Source of the DNA: an uncultured Candidatus Saccharibacteria bacterium
GTDB taxonomy: Bacteria > Patescibacteriota > CALEFQ01 > G965231055
Reading direction: 5' to 3'
Assembly: GCA_965231055.1 (NCBI GenBank)
Contig: OZ246411.1
Span: forward strand, 409,875 to 473,874
Length of the DNA stretch: 64,000 bases
Positions 1 to 9,697 of this stretch are shown here, piece after piece. The position numbers and the translations under genes are program-made. Numbering within the stretch: the stretch's first letter is position 1; each line of letters begins with the position of its first letter. The notes beneath the pieces were generated by a model that saw only the letters and a program-made list of their open reading frames with translations, did no database searches and was not told the DNA's origin.

Positions 1-13
1 TTTTGGACTAACT

Positions 14-394
14 ATGAAGGAAACATGGGCGGGATATGGATCAAAAACAGGGATTGCTCCAGCTGGAGATCCTATGTATATGACGCCTATTCTATATGAT
101 GCTAGGGATTGGGGATTGATGGGGTACTATCAGGATACATTAAGCGGGGTGGATTTTGGACTTGGAGAAATGGCTATGATTTGGGCTTTTAGTCGTGCCG
201 ATGGCGCTCAGTGTGCTACTGGGTTTAGATTGAGTGATCCAAATAAAGAGCCTCTGTATAGCGATGCTTGTTGGGATTCCGCAAAACTTGAATGGATTTT
301 TCCTCATGCGCAAACGAGTGATCCAAGAAAATTCAGAATAATCAATGTTATTACGAACGATATTCAGGCTCTCTCTGATGTTCAAAAATTCTAG
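14..394 (+). CDS. hypothetical protein, possibly 5'-truncated (frame stays open to window start)
   Basis: 126-aa ORF with no recognisable motif; no in-frame stop between position 2 and the ATG at 14 and no SD. Confidence 0.4.
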   Translation: MKETWAGYGSKTGIAPAGDPMYMTPILYDARDWGLMGYYQDTLSGVDFGLGEMAMIWAFSRADGAQCATGFRLSDPNKEPLYSDACWDSAKLEWIFPHAQTSDPRKFRIINVITNDIQALSDVQKF

Positions 395-403
395 GTACAA
401 TAA

Positions 404-3400
404 GTGCAAATCAAAACAAAAAATATAATAATAGTAGTTGCGGCGATGGCTTTCGTCGTAGCTATTTTGATACTGCCAAGAACTGACCTTTTCAAGACAA
501 AGGCGGCAAACAAGAAGTATGCAGTGATAGAAAGCTATGCCTGGGCACCAAACGGTGGCTGGCTTGTTTTGAATAACAACGAAACTGGGGCTGAAGCAGA
601 TGGAGTGAATCTTCAACCTATTGTGGGGGGTGGATCTATGCTTGCTAGTGGTTACGGCTTCGCACCAAATATGGGGTGGGTGAATTTTCAGGGAGTTAGT
701 CTTACTGAAAACGGAAACAAATGGGATTTTTCTGGGAGTGCCTGGGGACCAAATGCTGGTTGGGTGAACTTCAACAATGCTATAGGTGCAAATGTGTACA
801 TGGATGATGAAACTGGCGAGGTCCATGGTAGTGCCTGGTCGCCGAATAGCGGATGGATAAGTTTTTGTGACGATACTGTTTATCAGCCCGGTCAAAGTAT
901 TGAAAACTATTACTGCACCCAATTTGATATTAGTAAAGATGACGCTGCTCCAAAACTAGATAGTTTTACTTTTTCATGTGCGGGTGATCAGTTGCTTGGG
1001 GGAGCTTGCTACGATGGAGATTTTGCTTCAACGAATACGATATGGATAAGGGACAATTCTTTGGTTTATGTGGGGATTTCTGCAACAGATCAAAAAGGTG
1101 GAGCGGATGTGGCAACAGGTATGCGATATCATAAATTGTATTTGTGCCAAGATGGCAGTTGCATGGATCCAGATAAACTAAAGTATGGTGAAAGCATTAT
1201 GTTTAGAAACTATCCTCAGGAGAGATGGTATCTTTCACCGCCAATTCTCACCACATCATGGTTTGAAAATTTGGATCAATATCCCATCGCAGAATATTAT
1301 GACGATCAAAAAAACACTTATTCGGAGAGTTTTGTTGCCTCAAAAGAGCCGTTGATTTCTGGTCCGGGTAATCCTGACAATGGATTGGAGTCTGGTAGGG
1401 TCGGAGTTTATTATAATTTATTTGATAAGACGGGTAATTGGACTTGCGGAGCTTCATTTTCCCCAGGGTATTGTGATAGCGGATATGTTTTGGGAGTAGA
1501 TGTAACAAAACCAAATGTTGTGCCTGACAGTTTTGATCAGGACGGAGATGGAAATAAAATTGTAGGACCTTTCGACTATACGATACGATGGAGTATGAAT
1601 GATGAGCATTCTGGAATTGCATTTGGAGGCGTTTCTATTATAGATGTAAATGGACTTGTTAATCCTGCTGAACCAGGCAAAGCTTATAATCCAACTGGTG
1701 GGATGGGGGAAGAGTATATAGTTTTCAATACCGAAGGGGACATAGAGACTGTGTGGAGAATGGCCGGGGGTAGCTTCCCAGACGGATTGTATGATGTAAG
1801 ATTTCGGGCTACTGACAATGTTGGTAATTCAAAAGAAGTTTTAGTTGAAGATGTTGAAGTGACCAATTCTTATGGTGATACTTTGATGATAAGAGATTGT
1901 GACGGCAGTGTTCCAAAAACAAGAGTTACTCATGGTTGGGTGGATTTGGGAATGCGTCCGCCAATTCCAGCGCTTGGTGATATAACCGGAATAAGACTTA
2001 GAAATTTTGTAGAAAATCAGGGCGATGAAGAAGGGTGGGGTGAACAATACCAAGATTATTATCCGACAGGTTGGCTTGCTTATGGTCCAGATGACTATCA
2101 AAATGGTAGAGCTTATACTAGCTACTTTCCTATGCCTTCTGGTGGGATAGTGGGTGTCTGTAGCAGCGAATTAAAATGGTGGCAAGTGCCAAATTATCAA
2201 GGAGGACCTGTCAAAGTTCAGATGCAATACAAGGTTAGGGTGGGTAATAAAGATGTTTTAAGCGATATTATAACTGCTGAAATTTCTGCTCCATGGATTG
2301 ATTCAACTTATGGAAATATTCATTCCAATGCTACCGTGGGAGAATCTGCAGGGATCACTCCTGCAATGGGAAATTCAAATGCAGTATATGTGATAACTTC
2401 AGGGGGCACTATTAGACATTTCACTTCTTCACTTGGCTCTTCTGGAAATATTGAGAATATAGGAGATCTTGGATATCCTGGGGAGGATAGGGGTTTGAAT
2501 ATGAGCAATATTGATTTTGATTCTCTTAAGGGTGCTGCCAAAGAAATAGGATCCAATTTTCAGGATTATAAAATGGACAATAGTGTATTTTACAGAAACG
2601 GTAGTCTGGTTGTGAGAGAAGGTTCATTTAGTGGTAAGGGTACGGTGTTGGTTGAAGGTGATTTGCTTTTTGATGGAAATACTTTTTACGTTGATGATAC
2701 TGCGACTTCAACTGAAGAAATTGATTCAGTCGCTTTTATAGTAAAAGGCAATATTACATTTGGTGATGGAGTCAGGCATGCTGTTGGGGTTATGGTTGCT
2801 GGATTCGGAGAGCAGTCGGTTGGCAATAAGGGGGTTATAAGAACGGGTTCTTCTTCATCAAATACTAATTCATTGATTGTTCAAGGTGCGCTTATAGGTA
2901 GAAGCTTCAAATTCAACAGGGAGTCGTCCGAGGTCAATGGCACCGCTGTTTATACAGATTCTAAAAAATACTATGAGTGGGATCATGCTAGGGGTAAATT
3001 CCTACCAGCTGGTTTTATTGATAAAAAAATTATAGCCGGGTTTGCTAGAGATGGGGGAGGAGATGGCGTACACAATCGATTTATTATAGAAGAAATAAAT
3101 GGTTCTACTCCAAGCTATAGAATGTATGTAAATAACAATTTTACTAGATACAGAAATTTAAATGAAATGGGAGTTGCTAATGGAACAAAACCCGTCGCGG
3201 TATTTTCTAGCGATCTCAATAAAGATGGAAAAGATTCTACCTACCTTATTGCCTCAGATCCAATGTTTGCAAAACAAAAAATATACATATGGGAAGAGAG
3301 CAGTGATGACATTTTTACGCAAAAAAATATATTTAGAGAACTTTCTGGTGACGAAAGAAATAAATTTCCTTCGGGAAATATTAAGGGGGGTTACTCATCT

Positions 3401-3847
3401 GTTATAAAGGGGGAGAGTGTGGAAGTGGTTTGGGTTGAGGATCCAAAATTTGGAATAGCTAGATATACGAGGACATCAACAAACGATGATTTTAAAGAAA
3501 ATGGAAACATATCTTCTTTGGGTATGGGGGGTATTAGTGAGATGATAGTTTCTTATTTTGAACGAGATTTGATTAATAATGAGAATAGAGACGTAGTTTG
3601 GGCCTATACTCAACTTGGTGTAGCTGACAGTCCTACGAGATACAAGCGTCCAGAATCACAGGATTTGTTTGCTAAAACAAGTACTCTGTCAGATTATGGC
3701 GTGGGAGCAAAGATGGTGTCAGCATATTCTTATATTATGTCATCCGCAGCTGAAAGGATTATTTATGACGGTAGAGTTATCGTGAATCCACCCCCAGGAT
3801 TAAGTTCTTTACGACTTCCAAGTTTTAGTGAGGTTGCTGGTTATTAA
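404..3847 (+). CDS. large N-terminally membrane-anchored surface protein with repeated G-x-A-W-x-P-N-x-G-W-x-x-F motifs
   Basis: 1147-aa ORF; N-terminal hydrophobic helix (IIIVVAAMAFVVAILILP); four tandem copies of WAPNGGW / FAPNMGWVNF / WGPNAGWVNF / WSPNSGWISF; sits directly upstream of the pilus operon. Confidence 0.8.
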   Translation: MQIKTKNIIIVVAAMAFVVAILILPRTDLFKTKAANKKYAVIESYAWAPNGGWLVLNNNETGAEADGVNLQPIVGGGSMLASGYGFAPNMGWVNFQGVSLTENGNKWDFSGSAWGPNAGWVNFNNAIGANVYMDDETGEVHGSAWSPNSGWISFCDDTVYQPGQSIENYYCTQFDISKDDAAPKLDSFTFSCAGDQLLGGACYDGDFASTNTIWIRDNSLVYVGISATDQKGGADVATGMRYHKLYLCQDGSCMDPDKLKYGESIMFRNYPQERWYLSPPILTTSWFENLDQYPIAEYYDDQKNTYSESFVASKEPLISGPGNPDNGLESGRVGVYYNLFDKTGNWTCGASFSPGYCDSGYVLGVDVTKPNVVPDSFDQDGDGNKIVGPFDYTIRWSMNDEHSGIAFGGVSIIDVNGLVNPAEPGKAYNPTGGMGEEYIVFNTEGDIETVWRMAGGSFPDGLYDVRFRATDNVGNSKEVLVEDVEVTNSYGDTLMIRDCDGSVPKTRVTHGWVDLGMRPPIPALGDITGIRLRNFVENQGDEEGWGEQYQDYYPTGWLAYGPDDYQNGRAYTSYFPMPSGGIVGVCSSELKWWQVPNYQGGPVKVQMQYKVRVGNKDVLSDIITAEISAPWIDSTYGNIHSNATVGESAGITPAMGNSNAVYVITSGGTIRHFTSSLGSSGNIENIGDLGYPGEDRGLNMSNIDFDSLKGAAKEIGSNFQDYKMDNSVFYRNGSLVVREGSFSGKGTVLVEGDLLFDGNTFYVDDTATSTEEIDSVAFIVKGNITFGDGVRHAVGVMVAGFGEQSVGNKGVIRTGSSSSNTNSLIVQGALIGRSFKFNRESSEVNGTAVYTDSKKYYEWDHARGKFLPAGFIDKKIIAGFARDGGGDGVHNRFIIEEINGSTPSYRMYVNNNFTRYRNLNEMGVANGTKPVAVFSSDLNKDGKDSTYLIASDPMFAKQKIYIWEESSDDIFTQKNIFRELSGDERNKFPSGNIKGGYSSVIKGESVEVVWVEDPKFGIARYTRTSTNDDFKENGNISSLGMGGISEMIVSYFERDLINNENRDVVWAYTQLGVADSPTRYKRPESQDLFAKTSTLSDYGVGAKMVSAYSYIMSSAAERIIYDGRVIVNPPPGLSSLRLPSFSEVAGY

Positions 3848-3850
3848 GAG

Positions 3851-3879
3851 TTGCGGTGAATAATGTTTTGTGATATAAT
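3851..3879 (+). promoter_or_regulatory. sigma70-like promoter with extended -10 (TTGCGG - 17 nt - TGaTATAAT) upstream of pilM
   Basis: TTGCGG at 3851-3856, TG at 3871-3872, TATAAT at 3874-3879. Confidence 0.45.
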
Positions 3880-3982
3880 TATTAAAACATTTTATGGCTT
3901 TTATGCCATCAAGATTAAACAAATACAAATTTAAAACAAACAACGGAATAGAGTCATCTTTTTTCCGTATTTAATTCTATTT

Positions 3983-5044
3983 ATGGGATTTTTTAGTGAA
4001 AAAACCAGTTTAGGGATCGATATAGGTACCGCAAATATCAAAATAGTGGAACTTGTTGGTTCTCAAGGTAGGGCAGAGCTGTTAACTTACGGCGCTATTG
4101 ATATAAAAGCAGATATCCTAAGAAGCGATGACCAAGGTGCCAATGAAAAGATAGCAGAGTCTTTGAAAGATCTTTTGTCCAAATCAAAAGTAAAATCTAA
4201 ATACGCGATCTCTGCATTGCCAGGTTTTTCTGTTTTTAACTCTGTTATTAAGCTTCCAGAAATGAATGAGTCTGAGATAGGATCAGCGGTGAAGTGGGAG
4301 GCTAGAAGATATGTTCCATTTCCAATAGAAAACATGGTTTTGGACTGGAAGCAGTTAAAGGATGATAAAGCGGGAGTTTTCAAGCCGGAGAACCTTGGTG
4401 GCCCGAAAAAGGAAATTCAAATATTGCTTACTGCTGCGCCTAAGAATTTGGTAAACAAATACCTCGAAATTTTTTCAATGGCTGGCTTGAAATTGAGCGC
4501 ACTTGAAACGGAGTCGTTTGCCTTGATGAGATCTCTGGTTGGAAACGATAAGTCAACAATCGCTGTCGTAAATATAGGTTCCACGGCCACTGATATAAGT
4601 GTTATCAGTAATGGTCTTCCGGTGTTAAATAGAAGTTTTGATATTGGAGGGAAGGCTATAACAAATTCTATAGCAAGTAGCCTGAACGTTAGTTTGGATA
4701 GGGCGGAGCAGTTTAAAAGAGATCTGAGCTCATCTAGTAAGATGGGTGACGAAGTTCCTGATGTTATAAAACCTATAGTTCAGGGCATTACAAATGAAAT
4801 AAAAAATACATTATCACTTTACAATGGAAGTGGTGGTAAAAATATAGAAAAAATCATTTTGACTGGTGGATCTTCCAAACTTGTGACACTACCAAGGTAT
4901 CTAAAAGACTCCTTGGGCGTAGAAGTGTTCTTAGGAAATCCTTGGGCTAGAATCAAATATCCAAAAGAAATAGATCAAGAGTTAAAAAATATATCACCAA
5001 TGTTTTCCGTGTGCGCAGGTTTAGCGTTAAGAGATATATCATAA
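3983..5044 (+). CDS. pilM: type IV pilus assembly protein PilM (actin-like ATPase fold)
   Basis: N-terminal GIDIGTANIKIVEL motif typical of PilM/FtsA-like; first gene of the pilMNO block. Confidence 0.85.
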   Translation: MGFFSEKTSLGIDIGTANIKIVELVGSQGRAELLTYGAIDIKADILRSDDQGANEKIAESLKDLLSKSKVKSKYAISALPGFSVFNSVIKLPEMNESEIGSAVKWEARRYVPFPIENMVLDWKQLKDDKAGVFKPENLGGPKKEIQILLTAAPKNLVNKYLEIFSMAGLKLSALETESFALMRSLVGNDKSTIAVVNIGSTATDISVISNGLPVLNRSFDIGGKAITNSIASSLNVSLDRAEQFKRDLSSSSKMGDEVPDVIKPIVQGITNEIKNTLSLYNGSGGKNIEKIILTGGSSKLVTLPRYLKDSLGVEVFLGNPWARIKYPKEIDQELKNISPMFSVCAGLALRDIS

Positions 5045-5047
5045 CCT

Positions 5048-5644
5048 ATGCTAAAAATAAATTTATTGCCAGATGAGGCTATAGAAAGAAAAGATCCTTT
5101 GAGGTTAAAGGCAATAGTTTTTTTTGTCGTAACTATCTTATTTGCTGGGATTTCTATGATTTGGTGCGAAACAAATGTGAGTGGCAAACAGAATCAGTTA
5201 GACAAGGTTAACGATCAGATACAAAAAATACAATCAGATATAGATCAGTATACTAGAGAATCCAAAGACGCTTCTACTTTTTCAAAACAAGCGATGGCAT
5301 TAAAAACATTGCTTAAAAATCACATTAGATGGAGTAATCTTATTGATGAATTGCAGGTTCATTCAAAGGCGGGTGTTGTGTTTACTTCTTTTGAGGGTTA
5401 TAGCGATGGGGCGTTAAATGTACAGGGAGAAGCTTCCTCTTATAGTTTGGTGGCACAGGAGATGAGGAGCTTGGAAGAGGCAACTTATAAAAACGGAGAA
5501 GAAGATGTTTTATTAGTTGATAGCATAGAGCTTTCTGACGCATCTTATGGCGTTATTGATGGATCCTCTGACGGTATAGTCAAATTTTCGATGGCAATTA
5601 AAATAAATCCAAGCATTCTATATGTATTCACTGACCAAAATTAA
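5048..5644 (+). CDS. pilN: type IV pilus assembly protein PilN
   Basis: N-terminal INLLP motif (MLKINLLPDE), single TM, coiled coil; follows pilM. Confidence 0.75.
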   Translation: MLKINLLPDEAIERKDPLRLKAIVFFVVTILFAGISMIWCETNVSGKQNQLDKVNDQIQKIQSDIDQYTRESKDASTFSKQAMALKTLLKNHIRWSNLIDELQVHSKAGVVFTSFEGYSDGALNVQGEASSYSLVAQEMRSLEEATYKNGEEDVLLVDSIELSDASYGVIDGSSDGIVKFSMAIKINPSILYVFTDQN

Positions 5645-6191
5645 AAACAAAAGAAATCTTATTTCTTACGCCCTTTTTCTTCTGGGTGCTGTTGTTTTAA
5701 TCTTTGGGATTTTTATGATCAAAGATCTTTGTTCAAAAAATTCTGACCTGAAATCAGATTTGAATCAGCAGAATATCTCACTTGATTTGAAAAAGCAGGC
5801 GCTATCAAATCTAGAAAGCTTTTTAGAGGAATATAAAACTTCAGCTTCTTCAATTAGCAAAGTAAAATATGCTGTGCCGGAGAAAAAAGATATTCCAGAA
5901 ATCCTAACTCAAATGGAAGTTATTGCTGAGCGAAACTCTTTACAGTTTGATTCCATTACATTTGGATCGTCTTCTGGATCTGAGATGGTTGTTTCTTCGT
6001 CGGAAACAATTCCAGAGGGAGTTGAGAAACTCGACTTGGAACTCAAGGTTGTTGGATCACAAGATAACTTCAAAAAATACATTAAAGAAATCGAAGAAAA
6101 TATTAGAATTATAGACATAGAAAAGATTTCCATAGTTGCTGGTGTCTACAATTTAAATACTAGTGTTTACTATCTAAAAACAAATGAATAA
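5622..6191 (+). CDS. pilO: type IV pilus assembly protein PilO-like
   Basis: N-terminal TM helix plus coiled coil; overlaps the pilN stop; position in operon. Confidence 0.6.
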   Translation: MYSLTKIKNKRNLISYALFLLGAVVLIFGIFMIKDLCSKNSDLKSDLNQQNISLDLKKQALSNLESFLEEYKTSASSISKVKYAVPEKKDIPEILTQMEVIAERNSLQFDSITFGSSSGSEMVVSSSETIPEGVEKLDLELKVVGSQDNFKKYIKEIEENIRIIDIEKISIVAGVYNLNTSVYYLKTNE

Positions 6192-6426
6192 AAGAACCTT
6201 AATACTTTTTATTATCTTGATAGCTGTAGTAGTTTTTGCTTTGTATTATTGGATAAGCAATGAAAGCACCAAGCAAGAAGCTGATGGCAATGTTTATATT
6301 TCGGGGGATACTACTCAGATTGACCTGGATTTTTTGGATGATGAGAATTTTAAAGAATTAAAAGTTTACAATGATCTTCCAGTTCGTTCTGGTGAAACTG
6401 GAAATTTCTCTCTTTTTGGATATTAA
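6184..6426 (+). CDS. small single-TM protein (possible PilP-like accessory)
   Basis: 80-aa ORF with N-terminal TM helix, overlapping the pilO stop and ending 1 nt before the pilB ATG. Confidence 0.5.
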   Translation: MNKRTLILFIILIAVVVFALYYWISNESTKQEADGNVYISGDTTQIDLDFLDDENFKELKVYNDLPVRSGETGNFSLFGY

Positions 6427-6427
6427 A

Positions 6428-8179
6428 ATGCAAAACACAAACACAAAAGATTTATTAGCTATTCTGGTGCAAAATGGAGCCCTACCTCAAAGCAGGGAGG
6501 AGTTTGTTAGAAATGAGAGTTTAAAAACAGGTAAATCCTATGAAGAAGTTATGACTCAGGGGCAATTAGTTGATCCCAAAAATATCGCCAAAGCCAGAGC
6601 CACTCTGTTGGGATTTGATTTTGTTGAGCTTTTGGGTAAAAAAATAGCCGATGATGTTTTGAAAATCATACCAAGAACTGTGGCTGAAAATTACGGATTA
6701 GTGCCATTTGATTTGAAAGATGGTGAGGTGAGCGTGGCAATGAAAAATCCTTCAAATATACAGGCATTAGAGTCTTTGGACTTTGCGCTGAGAGGACAGG
6801 GTAACCTCCGATACAAAATTTTTGTTGTGGATGGTGAGGGTTTGAGCTGGGGTTTGAGACAATATGAAAACCTAAAAGAAGAGGTCGGTGAAGTCTTGAG
6901 AGATGCAGACAAGGAACTCGAAAGAGCTGAGGATGTAGATTTTAGCGGAAAAGGTGATATAGCAAAGGTCGTTGAGAAGGCCCCTGTTAGCAAGGCAATA
7001 GATATAATTTTGAAACATTCCATAGAAGCAGGTGCTAGTGATATTCATGTAGATCCGATGAGTGATTCGGTTAGAATTCGGTATAGAGTAGATGGTGAAT
7101 TGAAAACCGCGATATCTCTTTCCAAAGAAATACACAATGCCCTTGTTGCAAGGATTAAAATACTTTCCAATTTAAAAATAGATGAAAACAGAATTCCACA
7201 AGATGGAAGATTTCATTCAACGATAAACAATAAAGAAGTTGATTTTAGAGTTTCTATTTTGCCCACAGTTAATGGTGAAAAAGTTGTTATGAGAGTCCTT
7301 GATTCCTCTGAGGGAGTACATACGCTCAAAGATTTGGGGATACTTGGAAGCAGATTAAACATAGTTCAAGACTATATAAAAAAAGATCACGGCATGTTGC
7401 TCGTGACTGGACCTACTGGTTCTGGAAAATCCACTACTTTGTATTCTGTTTTGGGAATGATAAATAATTCCAAGGTAAATATCGTGACACTAGAGGATCC
7501 CGTAGAATATTTTATACCAGGAATTTCTCAGTCACAGATAAATCCAAAAATGGGATTTTCGTTTGCTTCTGGGCTAAGATATGTTTTGAGACAAGATCCA
7601 GATGTGATTATGATAGGGGAGATTAGAGATAAAGAAACCGCTGAGATGGCTATTCATGCTTCTTTGACTGGTCACGTGGTGCTATCTACCCTTCACACAA
7701 ACAGCGCTTCGGGAGCTGTGCCAAGATTACTTGATATGGGTATAGAAAAATACCTTCTAATGTCTGCTCTTGATGTTATTGTGGCACAGAGATTGGTAAG
7801 AAAATTATGTAATTATTGCAAGAAAAAAGTTAAGATTACACCAGAAGAAAAAATGATTATAGATAAAGAGTGGAATCAAATCACGGATGAAGAGAAAAAA
7901 CTTTTGGGATTAGGTGATATGAAAATAGTGGAAGAAGTGTATCACGCAAACGGATGCGAGAAATGCGGGGGAGAAGGATATAGGGGTAGAATTGGTATTT
8001 TTGAAATTATTTCAATGACCGAAGATGTCCAAAATGTTGTAGCTGAAAGTCCATCGTCTATAAGGATAAAAGAGGCTGCAAGAAAAGATGGCTTTATGAC
8101 TATGATGGAAGACGGTGTTAGCAAGGTTGCTATGGGACTAACTACAGTAGAAGAAGTGCTCAGAGCAACTCAAGAATAA
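6428..8179 (+). CDS. pilB: type IV pilus assembly ATPase PilB (GspE family)
   Basis: T2SE N-terminal domain, Walker A GPTGSGKST, Asp/His boxes, tetracysteine CNYC...CEKCGG motif; start chosen at the ATG at 6428 rather than the upstream in-frame M at 6371. Confidence 0.9.
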   Translation: MQNTNTKDLLAILVQNGALPQSREEFVRNESLKTGKSYEEVMTQGQLVDPKNIAKARATLLGFDFVELLGKKIADDVLKIIPRTVAENYGLVPFDLKDGEVSVAMKNPSNIQALESLDFALRGQGNLRYKIFVVDGEGLSWGLRQYENLKEEVGEVLRDADKELERAEDVDFSGKGDIAKVVEKAPVSKAIDIILKHSIEAGASDIHVDPMSDSVRIRYRVDGELKTAISLSKEIHNALVARIKILSNLKIDENRIPQDGRFHSTINNKEVDFRVSILPTVNGEKVVMRVLDSSEGVHTLKDLGILGSRLNIVQDYIKKDHGMLLVTGPTGSGKSTTLYSVLGMINNSKVNIVTLEDPVEYFIPGISQSQINPKMGFSFASGLRYVLRQDPDVIMIGEIRDKETAEMAIHASLTGHVVLSTLHTNSASGAVPRLLDMGIEKYLLMSALDVIVAQRLVRKLCNYCKKKVKITPEEKMIIDKEWNQITDEEKKLLGLGDMKIVEEVYHANGCEKCGGEGYRGRIGIFEIISMTEDVQNVVAESPSSIRIKEAARKDGFMTMMEDGVSKVAMGLTTVEEVLRATQE

Positions 8180-8182
8180 AAT

Positions 8183-8560
8183 ATGAACAAGCATCCAAAA
8201 ATAGCTATAGTAGAAGATGATGAGTTTATACTCAATATTTATGAGACTAAATTTAATGAAGAAAAATTTGAAGTTTTTTCTTCTGATAACGGTGCTTCTG
8301 GCATAGAGCTTATAAAAAAAGAAATTCCTGATATTGTGCTTTTGGATATACTATTACCTAAAAAAGATGGATACGAAGTTTTGGCCGAAATAAAGAAGTT
8401 AGAGAAGACTAAAAATATTCCAGTTATTCTGCTTACGAATATGGGTCAAAAGGATAGCATAGAGAAGGGTATGAAATTGGGAGCTAGCGATTATCTCATT
8501 AAAGCTCATTTCACTCCGTCTGAGGTTGTAGGAAAAGTAAAAAGTATTTTGTTAAAATAA
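8183..8560 (+). CDS. single-domain response regulator receiver (CheY/PilH-like)
   Basis: IAIVEDDEF...DIVLLDILLP...DYLIKAHF receiver-domain signature; embedded between pilB and pilT. Confidence 0.8.
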   Translation: MNKHPKIAIVEDDEFILNIYETKFNEEKFEVFSSDNGASGIELIKKEIPDIVLLDILLPKKDGYEVLAEIKKLEKTKNIPVILLTNMGQKDSIEKGMKLGASDYLIKAHFTPSEVVGKVKSILLK

Positions 8561-8569
8561 AATTTTATT

Positions 8570-9643
8570 ATGGCAAATAACGCACAAGCAAAACTAGAAA
8601 AACTAATGTCATTTGTGGCGGAGCAGGGTGGATCGGATCTTCATCTTGATCCAGGGAAGCCTCCTATTATCAGAGTTGATAGAAAACTGATTGAAGTTTC
8701 TGGGGAGAGTGTTATGTCTTCTGAGGATACTCTTGAAGCCGCTAAGTTTTTACTCGGAGATGAGAGATATAAAATTTTTGAAAAAAATAGAGAGTTTGAT
8801 TTTTCATACGCATATGGTGAAAAAGCAAGATTTAGAATAAATACTTATTACAAAATGGGATCGGTCGCAATAGCTATGCGTCTTATTCCCAGAGCCATTA
8901 GAACTATTGAGGAGCTTGGGCTTCCTTCGGTTATAAAGCAATTCGCAAAAGCAGCTCAGGGGCTTGTTATTGTTGTTGGTCCTTCTGGTCATGGAAAATC
9001 TACTACGCTAGCCTCACTCATTGATATTATAAATCATGAGAGGGCTGATCATATAATCACTATCGAGGATCCTATCGAATACATATTTACTCCAGACAAA
9101 AGCTTGATAGCTCAAAGAGAAGTGAATCATGATACCAATTCTTTTTCCAATGCCTTGAAATCGGTTCTTAGAGAAGATGCGAACGTAGTCATGGTGGGTG
9201 AAATGAGAGATCTTGAAACTATTTCTACCACAATTACTGTTGCAGAAACTGGTCATTTGGTCTTTGCTACTTTGCACACAAATGATGCTGCGCAGACTAT
9301 AGATAGAATGATAGATGTGTTTCCTCCATATCAGCAAAATCAAGTCCGGTCTCAGCTTGCAAATATCATCACTGGAGTGGTCTCTCAAAGACTCTTGCCG
9401 AAACTGGGTGGCGGTAGAATGGTAGTTACTGAAATTATGTTTGCAACCCCTGCGATAAGAAACCTAATCAGAGAGGGCAAGACTTACCAAATAAACAGTG
9501 TGATACAGACTAGCGCGGAAGAGGGGATGATCTCTATGGACAAGTCGCTTTCGGAACTCGTGAGAGCAGAAAAAATTTCTATGGATAGTGCTTTGATGTA
9601 TGCAATGAATAAAGATAGTGTGCTCTCTATGTTGAAATCGTAA
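8570..9643 (+). CDS. pilT: twitching motility ATPase PilT
   Basis: N-terminal DLHL..GKPP motif, Walker A GPSGHGKSTT, PilT-type AQREV region. Confidence 0.9.
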   Translation: MANNAQAKLEKLMSFVAEQGGSDLHLDPGKPPIIRVDRKLIEVSGESVMSSEDTLEAAKFLLGDERYKIFEKNREFDFSYAYGEKARFRINTYYKMGSVAIAMRLIPRAIRTIEELGLPSVIKQFAKAAQGLVIVVGPSGHGKSTTLASLIDIINHERADHIITIEDPIEYIFTPDKSLIAQREVNHDTNSFSNALKSVLREDANVVMVGEMRDLETISTTITVAETGHLVFATLHTNDAAQTIDRMIDVFPPYQQNQVRSQLANIITGVVSQRLLPKLGGGRMVVTEIMFATPAIRNLIREGKTYQINSVIQTSAEEGMISMDKSLSELVRAEKISMDSALMYAMNKDSVLSMLKS

Positions 9644-9697
9644 TTATAAAAAGTTAGAGTTAATAATTGATAATTTTTCTTAATATAATTCAAAAAA

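Noticed and set aside
140-922. 260-aa minus-strand ORF antisense to 14..394 and to the start of the 1147-aa gene (similar antisense ORFs are listed throughout the track)
   Set aside because: It lies entirely antisense to strongly supported plus-strand genes and has a low-complexity, Ile/Ser/Phe-rich composition typical of AT-rich antisense frames.
6371-6427. Upstream in-frame start for pilB (MIFQFVLVKLEISLFLDIKM...)
   Set aside because: It overlaps the preceding small ORF in another frame and adds a non-conserved hydrophobic extension. The ATG at 6428 gives the canonical PilB N-terminus MQNTNTKDLLAIL.
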